Shown: positions 31,564-41,449 of the stretch, piece by piece | Position numbering within the stretch: position 1 is the stretch's first letter | Layout: every line of letters begins with the position of its first letter | Assembly: GCA_963848965.1 (NCBI GenBank) | Contig: CAWKFG010000001.1 | Span: forward strand, 64,001 to 128,000 | Direction: 5' to 3' | Origin: an uncultured bacterium | GTDB taxonomy: Bacteria > Babelota > Babeliae > Babelales > Babelaceae | DNA length: 64,000 nucleotides | Position numbers and translations under genes: made by a program | Notes under the pieces: model-generated | What the model saw: the letters and a program-made list of their open reading frames with translations, nothing else | Told to the model about the DNA's origin: nothing | The model's database searches: none

Positions 31564-32217
31564 CTAGTGTAACATAATGGTTTCAACGTTTTTGGCAACA
31601 ACTTCAGGAAGCTCGTTTCCATCGACTACATAAAGCAGATGCTTACTTTGATACCACTCTTTTATCAAGGGTGATGAATCTAAATAAGTTTTTATTCTAC
31701 GATTAACAATTTCTTCTCTATCATCACTGCGAGCACGGCTTAATGCTCGTTGTTGGGCAATTTCTGATGCAACGTTGATTTCTATTACACCTTTAATGTG
31801 AAGGTGAGGGTGCTTGCTCATAAATTCTTCAAATCTTTGTGCATGTTCTTGTGTGCGAAGAAAGCCATCTATGAGTATAATAGGTTGTACTGTTTTATGA
31901 ATGACTGGACACATAATATCTAATGCTGTTTCAATGGGTACCAACTTGCCAGCATCTAATAATGCTTTGAGGTTATTGTTATGTGAGGATTCTGCTCTTA
32001 AAAGGTCACCAGCAGAGTACCATGCAATAAGGTGAGGGTGCTTGCCTGCTAAAGATGATCCGGAGGTAGACTTTCCGCTGCCTGGTGCACCAATGAGAAA
32101 AAAAAGTTCTTTATTACTATGAATTTGAGCGGAGTCCTGATCATGCAAAGAAAACAAACCAACCAAGCATGAGCTACTTACTAAAGAAATAGTAAGGGCG
32201 AAATAGTATCTATACAT
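31564..32217 (-). CDS. Adenylate-kinase-family nucleoside monophosphate kinase with N-terminal hydrophobic leader
   Basis: GAPGSGKST, SAGDLLRAE, GKLVP, LIDGFLR, short LID (RARSDD). Confidence 0.88.
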   Translation of the reverse strand: MYRYYFALTISLVSSSCLVGLFSLHDQDSAQIHSNKELFFLIGAPGSGKSTSGSSLAGKHPHLIAWYSAGDLLRAESSHNNNLKALLDAGKLVPIETALDIMCPVIHKTVQPIILIDGFLRTQEHAQRFEEFMSKHPHLHIKGVIEINVASEIAQQRALSRARSDDREEIVNRRIKTYLDSSPLIKEWYQSKHLLYVVDGNELPEVVAKNVETIMLH

Positions 32218-32236
32218 AAAAATGCTCCTAAAAGTA

Positions 32237-33340
32237 TTATTGCTCAGGTTCCCAAGTACGTAAGAATTCAATAAGAGGTTCTAATGCTTCTTTAGAAAGA
32301 GCAGAAACAAATACATGAGGTTGATATTTCTTAATCTTAGGCTCAAGTATCTCTCGTTCTGGAACAAGATCTGCTTTATTAAAGAGATAAAGCATTGGTT
32401 TATCAACGTCAAGCTCTTTGAGTACCTCAAGCACTACTCGAATATGAACTTCCCAATTAGGATCAGAGATATCTACCACATGAAGTAATAGGTGGGCATA
32501 CTGGAGCTCTGCTAAGGTAGACTTAAATGCTTCAATAAGGTGGTGAGGTAACTGCTGGATAAAGCCAACAGTATCGGAAATAAGACCTTTCTTTTTTCCA
32601 TCAATATAAAGCTCTCGTGTAGTAGTATCGAGTGTAGCAAAGAGTTTATTTTCCGCAAGAACATCGCTTTTGGTTAAAGCATTTAAAATGGTTGATTTTC
32701 CAGCATTCGTGTATCCAATAAGGCATATAAGAGGGATACGAGATTCAAGCCGTCTTTTACGCTGTGTTTGACGGTGCTTTTCAAGCTCAGCAAGCTCTCG
32801 TTTAAGTTTAAGCATATGCCGTTCAATATGCTGCGTTTCTTTTTCTTTAGCTGTTTCACCGGGACCTCTTGTACCAATGCGGCCAGACTGTTGTGACATA
32901 GCAACTCCACGACCTGCAAGGCGTGATTTGCGATGCTGGAACATAGCAAGCTCTACTTGTAACTTTCCTTCAGCCGATTGAGCTCCCTTTTCAAAGATTT
33001 CTAAAATAAGTTGTGTTCGATCGAAAATTTTACAGCGTAGTATTTCGCTTAAATTCCGCTCTTGTTGTGGCGTAAGAGGCTCTGAAAATATGGCCTCTTC
33101 AATATCATTTTGCCTACAAACATCAATGAGCTCTTCAAGCTTGCCTTTAGAAAGAAAAAAGGCAGGATCAATAGCCCGAATTCTTGCAAAGTAAGTAGTA
33201 TCATATTCAATACTATTTGATTTTACAAGATTGATAAACTCATCAAAATAAGATTGCATATGAGTCGTATTATAAGGGGCATAAATTCCCACTAAGAGTG
33301 TTTTAGGATGCTGAACTGTAGCTGTTTCTACTCGTTTCAT
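32237..33340 (-). CDS. hflX: GTPase HflX
   Basis: DRTQLILEIF, RGPGET, GYTNAGKST, LFATLDTTTR, DTVGFI, NKAD. Confidence 0.97.
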   Translation of the reverse strand: MKRVETATVQHPKTLLVGIYAPYNTTHMQSYFDEFINLVKSNSIEYDTTYFARIRAIDPAFFLSKGKLEELIDVCRQNDIEEAIFSEPLTPQQERNLSEILRCKIFDRTQLILEIFEKGAQSAEGKLQVELAMFQHRKSRLAGRGVAMSQQSGRIGTRGPGETAKEKETQHIERHMLKLKRELAELEKHRQTQRKRRLESRIPLICLIGYTNAGKSTILNALTKSDVLAENKLFATLDTTTRELYIDGKKKGLISDTVGFIQQLPHHLIEAFKSTLAELQYAHLLLHVVDISDPNWEVHIRVVLEVLKELDVDKPMLYLFNKADLVPEREILEPKIKKYQPHVFVSALSKEALEPLIEFLRTWEPEQ

Positions 33341-33527
33341 TGTAAAATTCCCTTGTGAGGTTGAATAGCTATGTACCCGACAAAGCGCTCTAACAATTTT
33401 TTATCTCAACGCTACTTATAGTATACTATAAAGCTCTATAAGACACAATGACAGATATGCCTACTCGATGTCCTTTATTTTTTATGATATAATTAGATTT
33501 AATTATTATATAAAGAGATAAAAAAAT

Positions 33528-33683
33528 ATGAATCGAATGATGTATTATATCCTAATTGTAGTAATAAGTGCTTTGATTATACTGCCGTTGCTTTGTGGAA
33601 GATGGGAACAGCTTATATATGAAACTCTTGCTGCATTCTTAGCTTACTGTGTGGCGCATGCTTTACATAAGAATAATCTCTAA
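33528..33683 (+). CDS. Small two-TM hypothetical protein (51 aa)
   Basis: MNRMMYYILIVVISALIILPLLCGRWEQLIYETLAAFLAYCVAHALHKNNL; lies in an otherwise empty intergenic gap; below the ORF-track size cutoff. Confidence 0.45.
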   Translation: MNRMMYYILIVVISALIILPLLCGRWEQLIYETLAAFLAYCVAHALHKNNL

Positions 33684-33795
33684 GTTGTCAGTATATTATC
33701 TAAGAAGTTTTAAGCTACAGAGAAAGCTTTCTCTTGTAAAATTTCTCTTTTTAGGGTAAATATAAAGAAAAAGCTTAGTACGAAGGGGGTGTATT

Positions 33796-33942
33796 ATGGA
33801 TAGCCACATTTCTCTTTTTAAAAGACTATTTCAAAAGGTAGAAGAGCTCTGTAAAGATCCAGTTCGTAAGTTTGAAAGAAATTTTAGGGAAGATGACCTT
33901 TTTAAAGATAAAAGGGTAAAGCCTAAAGGTCGTTATAAATAG
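33796..33942 (+). CDS. Small charged hypothetical protein (48 aa)
   Basis: GAAGGGGGT RBS-like sequence before ATG; MDSHISLFKRLFQKVEELCKDPVRKFERNFREDDLFKDKRVKPKGRYK. Confidence 0.5.
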   Translation: MDSHISLFKRLFQKVEELCKDPVRKFERNFREDDLFKDKRVKPKGRYK

Positions 33943-34052
33943 ATCTTTTCAAGAAAAAAAGAAAGCGAAGTCTTTTATAAATATTTTTTCTCAAAATTCT
34001 AATTTTTTGTTATACTAGAAGAGAAACACAGTTTATTATCGAAAAAAGGCTT

Positions 34053-35384
34053 ATGTTTGATTTTTTATCGAAAAAAATTTCCTCTATTTTTACCCGTTTA
34101 ACAGGGCAAGATAGATTAACTGAAAAAAATATGGATGAAACCTTAAGCAAGGTGTATGATGCCCTGCTTGAGGCTGATGTGCCGTACGAAGTTGTCCAAG
34201 CGTTTATTGACGAAGTAAAGGCAGACGCATTAGGCAAAAAGGTATTTTCTTCCTTAAAACCTGGAGAACAGCTTCTTAAGATAGTGCATGATAAATTGTT
34301 ACAGTTTTTAGGTGGCCAAACGACCGAAAATCATTTTGCGTTCCAGATTCCGTCGGTTATTATGATGATTGGTCTGCAAGGGTCAGGTAAAACGACCACT
34401 ATTGCAAAGCTTGCCCATTATATTCAAACAATAGCTCAAAAGCATGGTAAAACACGCCGTATTATGGTAGGATCCGTAGACTTTTATCGACCTGCAGCTA
34501 TTGATCAGCTTGAGATTTTGGCACAAAAGGCGGGAGTTGTTTTTTATCGCTCTCCTTTGAAGGATCCAGTAGCTGCTGCTCAAGATATTGTAAAGCAGTC
34601 TCAAAAAGAGCATTGTGAGTATCTTTTTTTAGATACAGCAGGGCGATTACATGTTGATAATGAGATGCTTGAAGAGCTACAAAAAATTAATGCTGTAGTA
34701 AAACCAAAGTATAAGCTCCTTGTAGTAGATGCTATGACAGGTCAGGAATCGTTGAAAGTAGCACGAGCCTTTGAAGAAAAGGTTGGTTTTACTGGAGCGG
34801 TACTTACTAAAATGGATAGTGATACGCGAGGTGGGGTAGCATTTGCATTTAGGTATGCACTTAAGAAGCCTATACTTTTTGCTGCAACAGGGGAAAAAAT
34901 AGCTGATCTTGAGCTTTTTAGGCCTGAACGAATGGCAAGTCGAATCATCGGTATGGGTGATATGATGAGTCTTGTAGAGAAGGCTGAAGAAAAGATTAAG
35001 CAAAGTGAGCAAGAGGCTATGTATAAGTCAATTTCTCAAGGAAGATTGACGCTCCAGGACTTTGCTCAACAAATAGATATGGTATCACGTCTTGGTTCTC
35101 TTACCAGTGTTTTAAAATATTTGCCAGGAGCTGCATCGTTGAATGTTTCCCCAGAGATGCTGCAAAAAGGAGAGTCTGAAATTAAGAGATTTAAGGCAAT
35201 AATAAGCTCTATGACACATAAAGAACGTGTATATCCAAAAATATTAGATGCTTCACGCAAAAGCCGAATTGCCAAAGGGGCAGGAGTTGCGGTAGCAGAT
35301 ATTAACACATTGCTTGATAGATTTGAACAGAGTCAGCAATTTGTTAAAATTTTTAAGAAGATCGGAAAAAATAATCCGTTTTAA
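34053..35384 (+). CDS. ffh: Signal recognition particle protein
   Basis: ALLEADV, GLQGSGKTTT, DTAGRL, TKMD, M domain (SRKSRIAKGAG). Confidence 0.97.
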   Translation: MFDFLSKKISSIFTRLTGQDRLTEKNMDETLSKVYDALLEADVPYEVVQAFIDEVKADALGKKVFSSLKPGEQLLKIVHDKLLQFLGGQTTENHFAFQIPSVIMMIGLQGSGKTTTIAKLAHYIQTIAQKHGKTRRIMVGSVDFYRPAAIDQLEILAQKAGVVFYRSPLKDPVAAAQDIVKQSQKEHCEYLFLDTAGRLHVDNEMLEELQKINAVVKPKYKLLVVDAMTGQESLKVARAFEEKVGFTGAVLTKMDSDTRGGVAFAFRYALKKPILFAATGEKIADLELFRPERMASRIIGMGDMMSLVEKAEEKIKQSEQEAMYKSISQGRLTLQDFAQQIDMVSRLGSLTSVLKYLPGAASLNVSPEMLQKGESEIKRFKAIISSMTHKERVYPKILDASRKSRIAKGAGVAVADINTLLDRFEQSQQFVKIFKKIGKNNPF

Positions 35385-35409
35385 CACATTTTAAGAAAGG
35401 TTATATTCT

Positions 35410-35661
35410 ATGGCAGTTAAAATTCGACTTTCTCGTATAGGTAAGACACACACTCCTGTGTACCGTATCGTAGCTATTGATTCAAGAAGCAAGAGAGACG
35501 GTGCTGCACTTGAGATTTTAGGGACCTATAATCCATTGAGTGGTCAATTAGTACAGTTTCATGAAGAGCGTATTAATGATTGGGTATCTAAAGGAGCAGT
35601 CGTTACTGATGCAGTTAAGAGGTTACAAAAACTACATAAAAGGGCTGAAGTTCCTGCATAA
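35410..35661 (+). CDS. rpsP: 30S ribosomal protein S16
   Basis: MAVKIRLSRIG...YRIVAIDSRSKRDG..LEILGTYNP. Confidence 0.98.
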   Translation: MAVKIRLSRIGKTHTPVYRIVAIDSRSKRDGAALEILGTYNPLSGQLVQFHEERINDWVSKGAVVTDAVKRLQKLHKRAEVPA

Positions 35662-35674
35662 CTAGAGTGAAAGC

Positions 35675-35908
35675 ATGCTCAAAAATATTATTGAATATTT
35701 TGTGACAAAGATGGTGGAAAAACCAGATGGAGTAACTGTTACTGAAATTCAGACAGCTGAAAAGACTATTATCGAGATCAAAGTAGCTGCACAAGATCTT
35801 GCAAAAGTTATAGGAAAAGAGGGTCGTACGTTCAAAGCTCTACGAGCTTTAGCAAATGCAGCAGATCCTCATACTCAAAAAGATATAGTAGTTGATATTA
35901 GTAGTTAA
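35675..35908 (+). CDS. khpA: KH-domain RNA-binding protein KhpA
   Basis: DLAKVIGKEGRTFKALR; canonical position after rpsP. Confidence 0.9.
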   Translation: MLKNIIEYFVTKMVEKPDGVTVTEIQTAEKTIIEIKVAAQDLAKVIGKEGRTFKALRALANAADPHTQKDIVVDISS

Positions 35909-37246
35909 ATGGTTATCTCGGTTCTTTCCTTATTCCCTGAACTTTATGTTCCATTTCTCAATACTAGCTTAATTGCACGTGCTCGTGAAAAAAAGTTGGT
36001 AACTGTCGATATACATAACTTATTTGGGTATTCAAAGCCAAAAGAGCGTGTTGATAGCCCTACATTTGGTCATGGTGCAGGAATGCTCTTAAGGCCAGAT
36101 ATTATGGAACATGCTATAGAAGATATACAAAGGCAGGCAGGACAAGCATATAAAATTTTTTTCTCTCCTCAAGGTAAAAAGCTTGATCAAAGGCTTCTTG
36201 AACAACTCGCTCATAGAGCGCAGGAGAAAGAGCATATAATGCTTTTGCCTGCTCGCTATGAGGGTATGGATACTCGAGTAGAGGAACATTATGGCGATCT
36301 TATAGTCTCTTTAGGTGATTTTGTACTTATGGGAGGAGATCTACCAGCAATGGTTCTTATGGAAGGTCTTTTACGTTTGTTGCCAGGAGTAGTTGGAAAA
36401 CAGAGTTCAATAGAGCATGAATCATTTGCTGGCCCTTTTGTAGATTATCCTGAATATACAGCTCCTGTAATATGGAAAGGTCTTGAAGTACCAGAAGTAG
36501 TGCGCTCTGGAAACCATAAAGCGCTTGCCCAATGGCGTAAAGAGCAGGCTATTCAAAAGACAGTGCTGCACCACTTTGCATGGCTTAGGTCTCATATAGA
36601 AAGCGAAGAAGATAAACGAGCGGTAGAGAAACTGCTGCCTGTACATTATGTAGTACTCATGCATGATCAGGTACTACTTGAAGCTGAGCGTGAAGGTACT
36701 AGTTCTGTAACATCGCTTGATATTCATGATATAGCACGGTCTGCACGCACATTTGGGATAAAAAAGTATTTTATTGTAACACCTTTGGTAGATCAGCAGA
36801 AGATAGTACAGCGATTACTCTCATTCTGGCTCACAGATGCTGGTATAGAGTATAATCCTCATCGGCACGAGGCGCTCAATCGAGTAATGGTAGTATCAAG
36901 TTTAGATGATGTTATTGCTGCTATTAAAGAGCTTGAACAGAAAGATCCTGTGCTTATTGCTACAGGTGCAAAAAGGAGAGGACATCAACAACTTATTACT
37001 TATAATGACCAGGAAATGGTATGGGCAGAAAAAAGGCCGGTTTTGTTTTTGCTTGGTACAGCACGAGGGCTTGCACCACAGCTTATTGAAAAATGTGAGT
37101 TTCTTCTTGAGCCAATTGAAGGATTTACTGATTTTAATCATCTTTCAGTCCGCTCGGCAGCAGCCATTATCTTTGATCGCTGGTTAGGAATTAATCATGC
37201 ATCAGGATCTACTATCTCAAGCAAGTCAACATCTAGAAAATTATAG
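35909..37246 (+). CDS. trmD: tRNA (guanine37-N1)-methyltransferase fused to a second SPOUT methyltransferase (DUF2168-like)
   Basis: RYEGMDTR, SLGDFVLMGGD, YPEYT, SGNH; C-terminal TSLDIHDIARSARTFG...YNPHR...FNHLSVRSAAAIIFDR. Confidence 0.93.
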   Translation: MVISVLSLFPELYVPFLNTSLIARAREKKLVTVDIHNLFGYSKPKERVDSPTFGHGAGMLLRPDIMEHAIEDIQRQAGQAYKIFFSPQGKKLDQRLLEQLAHRAQEKEHIMLLPARYEGMDTRVEEHYGDLIVSLGDFVLMGGDLPAMVLMEGLLRLLPGVVGKQSSIEHESFAGPFVDYPEYTAPVIWKGLEVPEVVRSGNHKALAQWRKEQAIQKTVLHHFAWLRSHIESEEDKRAVEKLLPVHYVVLMHDQVLLEAEREGTSSVTSLDIHDIARSARTFGIKKYFIVTPLVDQQKIVQRLLSFWLTDAGIEYNPHRHEALNRVMVVSSLDDVIAAIKELEQKDPVLIATGAKRRGHQQLITYNDQEMVWAEKRPVLFLLGTARGLAPQLIEKCEFLLEPIEGFTDFNHLSVRSAAAIIFDRWLGINHASGSTISSKSTSRKL

Positions 37247-37445
37247 CTTAGATTTATGAGAAATCGGTATAGTGCTTTCTTGTAAATCTTGTCCTCAATT
37301 GTTACGACTTTGAAGGATACAGAGGTTGACAGATAGTTTGATGTTCAATATAATGGTCATTATAGATGGTCAGCGAAGCCAACTATCGATCTTTAGGAAT
37401 CGGTTTGCTTGTAGGGGTGATTCTCGTACTTACTGGAATTTTACA

Positions 37446-37817
37446 ATGAACAAAAAAAAGACATTAAAAAAGCAAGGACTAAGCTTGGAAGATATTGAAG
37501 GGGTGACTTTTAATAAGGAAATATCAAAAACAATTACGAAATATTACCCTGAAAAAACTTTCAAGAACCACAATAAAGTTGCGAGGGTTCTTTTACAGTG
37601 CTTGATTGAAGGTGATGATGAAGCATATAAAGAGATCTTAGATTCTTATTTAAGAGTTAATAGATCGCATATTGCAACCAAAGCCAAATTATCTAGGACT
37701 ACTGTGCAAAATGCCTTCTCATCTAAGGGAAACCCAACGTTACGAACAATTGCTAAAATTGTTCATGAAGTTTATCAAGGATCGGACGTAAATCTCGTAA
37801 AAGATACAAAGAGCTAG
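37446..37817 (+). CDS. XRE-family HTH protein, addiction-module antidote-like
   Basis: NRSHIATKAKLSRTTVQNAFSSKGNPTLRTIAKIV; probable start 37446. Confidence 0.75.
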   Translation: MNKKKTLKKQGLSLEDIEGVTFNKEISKTITKYYPEKTFKNHNKVARVLLQCLIEGDDEAYKEILDSYLRVNRSHIATKAKLSRTTVQNAFSSKGNPTLRTIAKIVHEVYQGSDVNLVKDTKS

Positions 37818-38002
37818 AAAGAAAGTATAGCCTTAATTAGTGATCAAGAGTTCCGATCTCTTACTTTGGGCTGCGGCTTTAGAATAATGTGCTTGCCTAA
37901 AATACAAGCATGTTTTATACTAGAATATAAGGGCTCTAGCCCATTTTGTCTTAAAAGTAAAAAGGTTAAAAATAAGCATACTACTCTTTATAAGGAACAG
38001 GC

Positions 38003-38398
38003 ATGAGAGCAAAAAAGTATACAAAAGAAACTATCTTAAATATGGGCACTGAAGATCGTCCCTTTGATAAATTTTCTATCGGCGATACCGTAGTGGTATC
38101 TCAAAAAATTAAAGAAGGCGATAAAGAACGTATCCAGCTCTTTGAAGGGGACGTTATCGCTATTAATAATAAAGGTATAGCAAGCACTTTTACCGTTCGT
38201 AAAATAGGTGCAAATGCTATCGCAGTAGAGCGTGTTTATCCTTTCTACTCTCCTTTAGTTGACGGAGTAAAATTTGTACGTAAAGGTAAAGTTCGTCGTG
38301 CAAAACTCTACTATATGAGAGAACGTATTGGTAAAGCAGCTCGCGTAAAAGAAAAAGTACTTACTAAAGAACAAAAGGCTCAAGAAAGAGCAGCATAA
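38003..38398 (+). CDS. rplS: 50S ribosomal protein L19
   Basis: GDTV...[12 protein letters not shown]...TFTVRK...[10 protein letters not shown]. Confidence 0.98.
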   Translation: MRAKKYTKETILNMGTEDRPFDKFSIGDTVVVSQKIKEGDKERIQLFEGDVIAINNKGIASTFTVRKIGANAIAVERVYPFYSPLVDGVKFVRKGKVRRAKLYYMRERIGKAARVKEKVLTKEQKAQERAA

Positions 38399-38400
38399 CT

Positions 38401-38871
38401 ATGCGTTATTGGCAAGCAGGGCACTTATTTTGTATAAGTGCCTTTTTGTCTAGCTGTATAAAGCAGCTTCCTAGTACTATAAAGAACTCTCCTGAAGTAC
38501 GTTCAGTTGAGCCTCCTCTATCACAAGAATTACCACCGTTTCACATGCTTGGTGAAGAAGAAAGAGCATATCTTTTGGATGTGCCTTTTCCTCAGGGCAG
38601 TATTCCTCGTATAATGCGCACAAAAGATAAGCGAAACTATATGCTTATGTATGAATCAGGAAGTTCATTAGAAGATCTTTGTGCCTTTCATAGAGCTGAG
38701 ATGGATTATCACAAGTGGCATGAAATAGGAACTTTTTTGGCGTATGAATCATGCTTGGTATTTGAAAAGGCGTCTCGTCATTGTATTATAACACTTCGTC
38801 CTACCTCTGGTAAGTATTCTGTAATAGTCTGTGTAGGTCCTAAAAAACAAGTTATAAAGGACCTCTGTTAA
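38401..38871 (+). CDS. Putative lipoprotein
   Basis: Hydrophobic leader ending in the lipobox-like LSSC. Confidence 0.6.
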   Translation: MRYWQAGHLFCISAFLSSCIKQLPSTIKNSPEVRSVEPPLSQELPPFHMLGEEERAYLLDVPFPQGSIPRIMRTKDKRNYMLMYESGSSLEDLCAFHRAEMDYHKWHEIGTFLAYESCLVFEKASRHCIITLRPTSGKYSVIVCVGPKKQVIKDLC

Positions 38872-38878
38872 GAGGTCC
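38859..38878. terminator. Hairpin between convergent genes
   Basis: GGACCTCT-GTTA-AGAGGTCC. Confidence 0.6.
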
Positions 38879-38887
38879 CTCCGTTTA

Positions 38888-40006
38888 TTATCTTTGTCCG
38901 TTACTTCCTTGATCTCGTGTAGATAAATAGAGATTAAAGAGATCTGGATCGTTGAAATTAACAGTTACACGTACACGACCGGTAGCTCCTGTAGAACCAG
39001 GTACAGGAAACCCAGGAACTTGAATGGCTGTAAAGTTTTCTTGTTGTTTAAAGAGCGGTATTGGAACAAGAGCAGGAGGAGTTACAGGAGCTCCTGGTAG
39101 CGGCTTGTTAACAAGAAAGGTATGATTATCACCATATATAAAGAGAATTTGTCGAGCATTGCCAATTTCTTTTGCTTTTGCACTAATAAGGTTAATCATT
39201 GGTCTAAAGCCGGGAGAAGGATTTGCAAAATCTATAGCTGCTTGAGTAAAAATGACGATACCTCGCGATTGAAGTTGTGCGGCTACAGTAAAAGCTCTTT
39301 CAAGCCACGCTTGATTAGCAGCAATTCGTCTTACAGATTCAGCTCTTACTTCAGCTGAAGGGCTAGCAAGACCATTGTCTCCTCCAATAGTATGTACTGT
39401 GACAAAAACTATATTACCTAAAACCCAACGGCGGTTTTCAACAAACTCAGAGAATTCAGGAAATTCTTGTGGTTGTGCTACTACCTCAAAGGGAAAGGGA
39501 ACATTCGTTCGTGTAAAAAATAGTCGACGAATGGTTGCAAGTGTTCCAAGAGGATTTGGGTTGTTGATAGGTGGTCGTACAGTATCTGCCCAATCATTAT
39601 CGCCTGGTGTATAAATAAGTGGTTTATTTATTGAAAAAAGAATATTACGAGCTCGTGTAAGGCCCTCTTCTGTTATGGTTGAAAGAGCGTTAGGAAGTAC
39701 AAGAAGGCCTGTAGGAGAAGATTGGATGTCTCCTACATGTACTACAAAGCGCACATTTTCTCTATTTATAGTGTTGTTAATGAGCTGAATAAGTTCTGCT
39801 TCAAATGTGGTAGTATACGCAGTATCGCCAAGTACATCAAATGAGAAATTAGAGATAATATTTTGAGTTTTTTTAGAACAATGAGATAGTTTACTACAGC
39901 AGCTTTTCCCTCTCAATGGCTGTTGGGATTCCTCCTTTGAAAATAAGGGAAAAATTGCTAGAACAAACATACTTAGATAAAGAAATTTTACATTTATACA
40001 CTTCAT
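38888..40006 (-). CDS. Secreted calcineurin-like metallophosphoesterase
   Basis: Signal peptide; GDTAY, VHVGD, TPGDNDW, GDNH motifs. Confidence 0.85.
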   Translation of the reverse strand: MKCINVKFLYLSMFVLAIFPLFSKEESQQPLRGKSCCSKLSHCSKKTQNIISNFSFDVLGDTAYTTTFEAELIQLINNTINRENVRFVVHVGDIQSSPTGLLVLPNALSTITEEGLTRARNILFSINKPLIYTPGDNDWADTVRPPINNPNPLGTLATIRRLFFTRTNVPFPFEVVAQPQEFPEFSEFVENRRWVLGNIVFVTVHTIGGDNGLASPSAEVRAESVRRIAANQAWLERAFTVAAQLQSRGIVIFTQAAIDFANPSPGFRPMINLISAKAKEIGNARQILFIYGDNHTFLVNKPLPGAPVTPPALVPIPLFKQQENFTAIQVPGFPVPGSTGATGRVRVTVNFNDPDLFNLYLSTRDQGSNGQR

Positions 40007-40201
40007 ACTACTCCTCTGTTTTGAAAGATAAAAAAGATGTAAAATTATTTTAGATCTTTTAGCATTTTGTAAGCAAGAATATGGAGCATAACTGAATAAC
40101 TTTAGATTTTTGTATGAAAGTTATGAGCACGAAGTAATAATCTTTTTGCTTATCTCATTTATGAAATGGCAGATATTTTTGATTTTAAAAGATATAGACA
40201 A

Positions 40202-40225
40202 AAGGGGACCATACATGGTCCCCTT
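40202..40225 (-). terminator. Intrinsic terminator
   Basis: AAGGGGACCAT-AC-ATGGTCCCCTT with an A run on the + strand (U tract on the - strand). Confidence 0.75.
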
Positions 40226-40231
40226 GTAGGT

Positions 40232-40906
40232 TTAAGATACAAATGAAAGTGGATCAGTGTCAGTAAGTGTCCGTTTAGATATTTTTGTTACTCTTTTTTC
40301 GATACCGAGGTCATGTTCGTTACCTTGGGCTTTAAGTAATTTGATTTTTAGTTCTTCTTCTTTAAGTTTCAGCTCTTTAGCTTTATTTTGTTCGCGTAAA
40401 AGCTCTTTTTGTTCTTTTACTAAAGCAAGTTGTGTTTGCTGCTCTTTTAAAGCTAGTTCTCGTTCACGTATCTCGAGTGTTTTGTCTTTTGAGCGACCGA
40501 TAGTCCGTGTTTCTACAATAGTATTTTCAATAACGGTATCTCTATTTAGTTTTCTCATCCTACGAGCATGTTCTTGTTGTTGAGCATGATAAGCGGCTTC
40601 TCGTCTACGAATCTCCTCTTCTCGTTCTCTGCGACGGTGTTCAAGTTCACGCATACGAATCTGTTCTTCACGCATTTGAATTTCCATACGCTTTTGTTCT
40701 GCATAGGGATCTTCTACATAATATACAGTAGGCGGATTATTATAATAAACTGCAGGTGGATTATTACTTGAAGCCATTTTGCTCATTATTGCTCCGCCAA
40801 CAAGTCCCGTGAAAGCACCCACACCAAACCCTTCACCAAAGCTATCAGCATATATATGTAAGAAAGCAGTTGAAAGCAAAAGAGAAAGAGCAAATATCCT
40901 TTTCAT
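40232..40906 (-). CDS. Secreted glycine-zipper / coiled-coil protein
   Basis: Signal peptide, GFGVGAFTGLVGGA, duplicated NNPP(A/T)VYY, E/R/K-rich coiled coil; AAGGAG RBS. Confidence 0.75.
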   Translation of the reverse strand: MKRIFALSLLLSTAFLHIYADSFGEGFGVGAFTGLVGGAIMSKMASSNNPPAVYYNNPPTVYYVEDPYAEQKRMEIQMREEQIRMRELEHRRREREEEIRRREAAYHAQQQEHARRMRKLNRDTVIENTIVETRTIGRSKDKTLEIRERELALKEQQTQLALVKEQKELLREQNKAKELKLKEEELKIKLLKAQGNEHDLGIEKRVTKISKRTLTDTDPLSFVS

Positions 40907-41157
40907 CGAAAGTCTCCTTATATGAAAGGATGGTCTATATTAAAAGCTTGCTTAAAGTAAGCGCTTAAAGTCAATAATTTTATTGTTTATCTGAATATTA
41001 TTTCTGCTTATGAAGCTTTAATTGTTAAAACCATAAACTAAGCTTTTCACTAATAGCGTAACTGGAGAAAAAGTTTTTGCAACAGCCTCTTATTCCTTAG
41101 TATAGAAGCAGAAACAGCACTAAAAAAGGGCCCTTATGGGCCCTTAAAGCGTCTTTT

Positions 41158-41430
41158 TTAGTACCAGTAGTAAGCTGGATAGTATCCGTAATAGCCATAG
41201 GTTGGATAGTAGTTATAGTAGTATGCAGGATAGCCATAAGAGTATGGATAATATCCGTAACCGCCATAATATCCTGGGTATCCATAGCCGCTGCTTAATG
41301 CAGAACCAGCTAAAGCGCCACCTAAAAATCCAAAGCCAAAGCCTGCACCAAAACCACGACGAGCTTCAATTTGTGATAATGAAAGTATGCTTAGCATAAG
41401 AATTACTAGAGCGAATAGTTTCTTAGTCAT
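41158..41430 (-). CDS. Small secreted Gly/Tyr-rich protein
   Basis: Start 41430 with AAGGAG RBS; signal peptide; glycine zipper GFGFLGGALAG followed by GY/YP-rich tail. Confidence 0.75.
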   Translation of the reverse strand: MTKKLFALVILMLSILSLSQIEARRGFGAGFGFGFLGGALAGSALSSGYGYPGYYGGYGYYPYSYGYPAYYYNYYPTYGYYGYYPAYYWY

Positions 41431-41449
41431 GATAAATCTCCTTTTATAA

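Noticed and set aside
37326..37445. Intact toxin gene or N-terminal extension of the HTH protein
   Set aside because: Only a faint CRGDSRT versus CGGDKST resemblance; no supportable toxin ORF.
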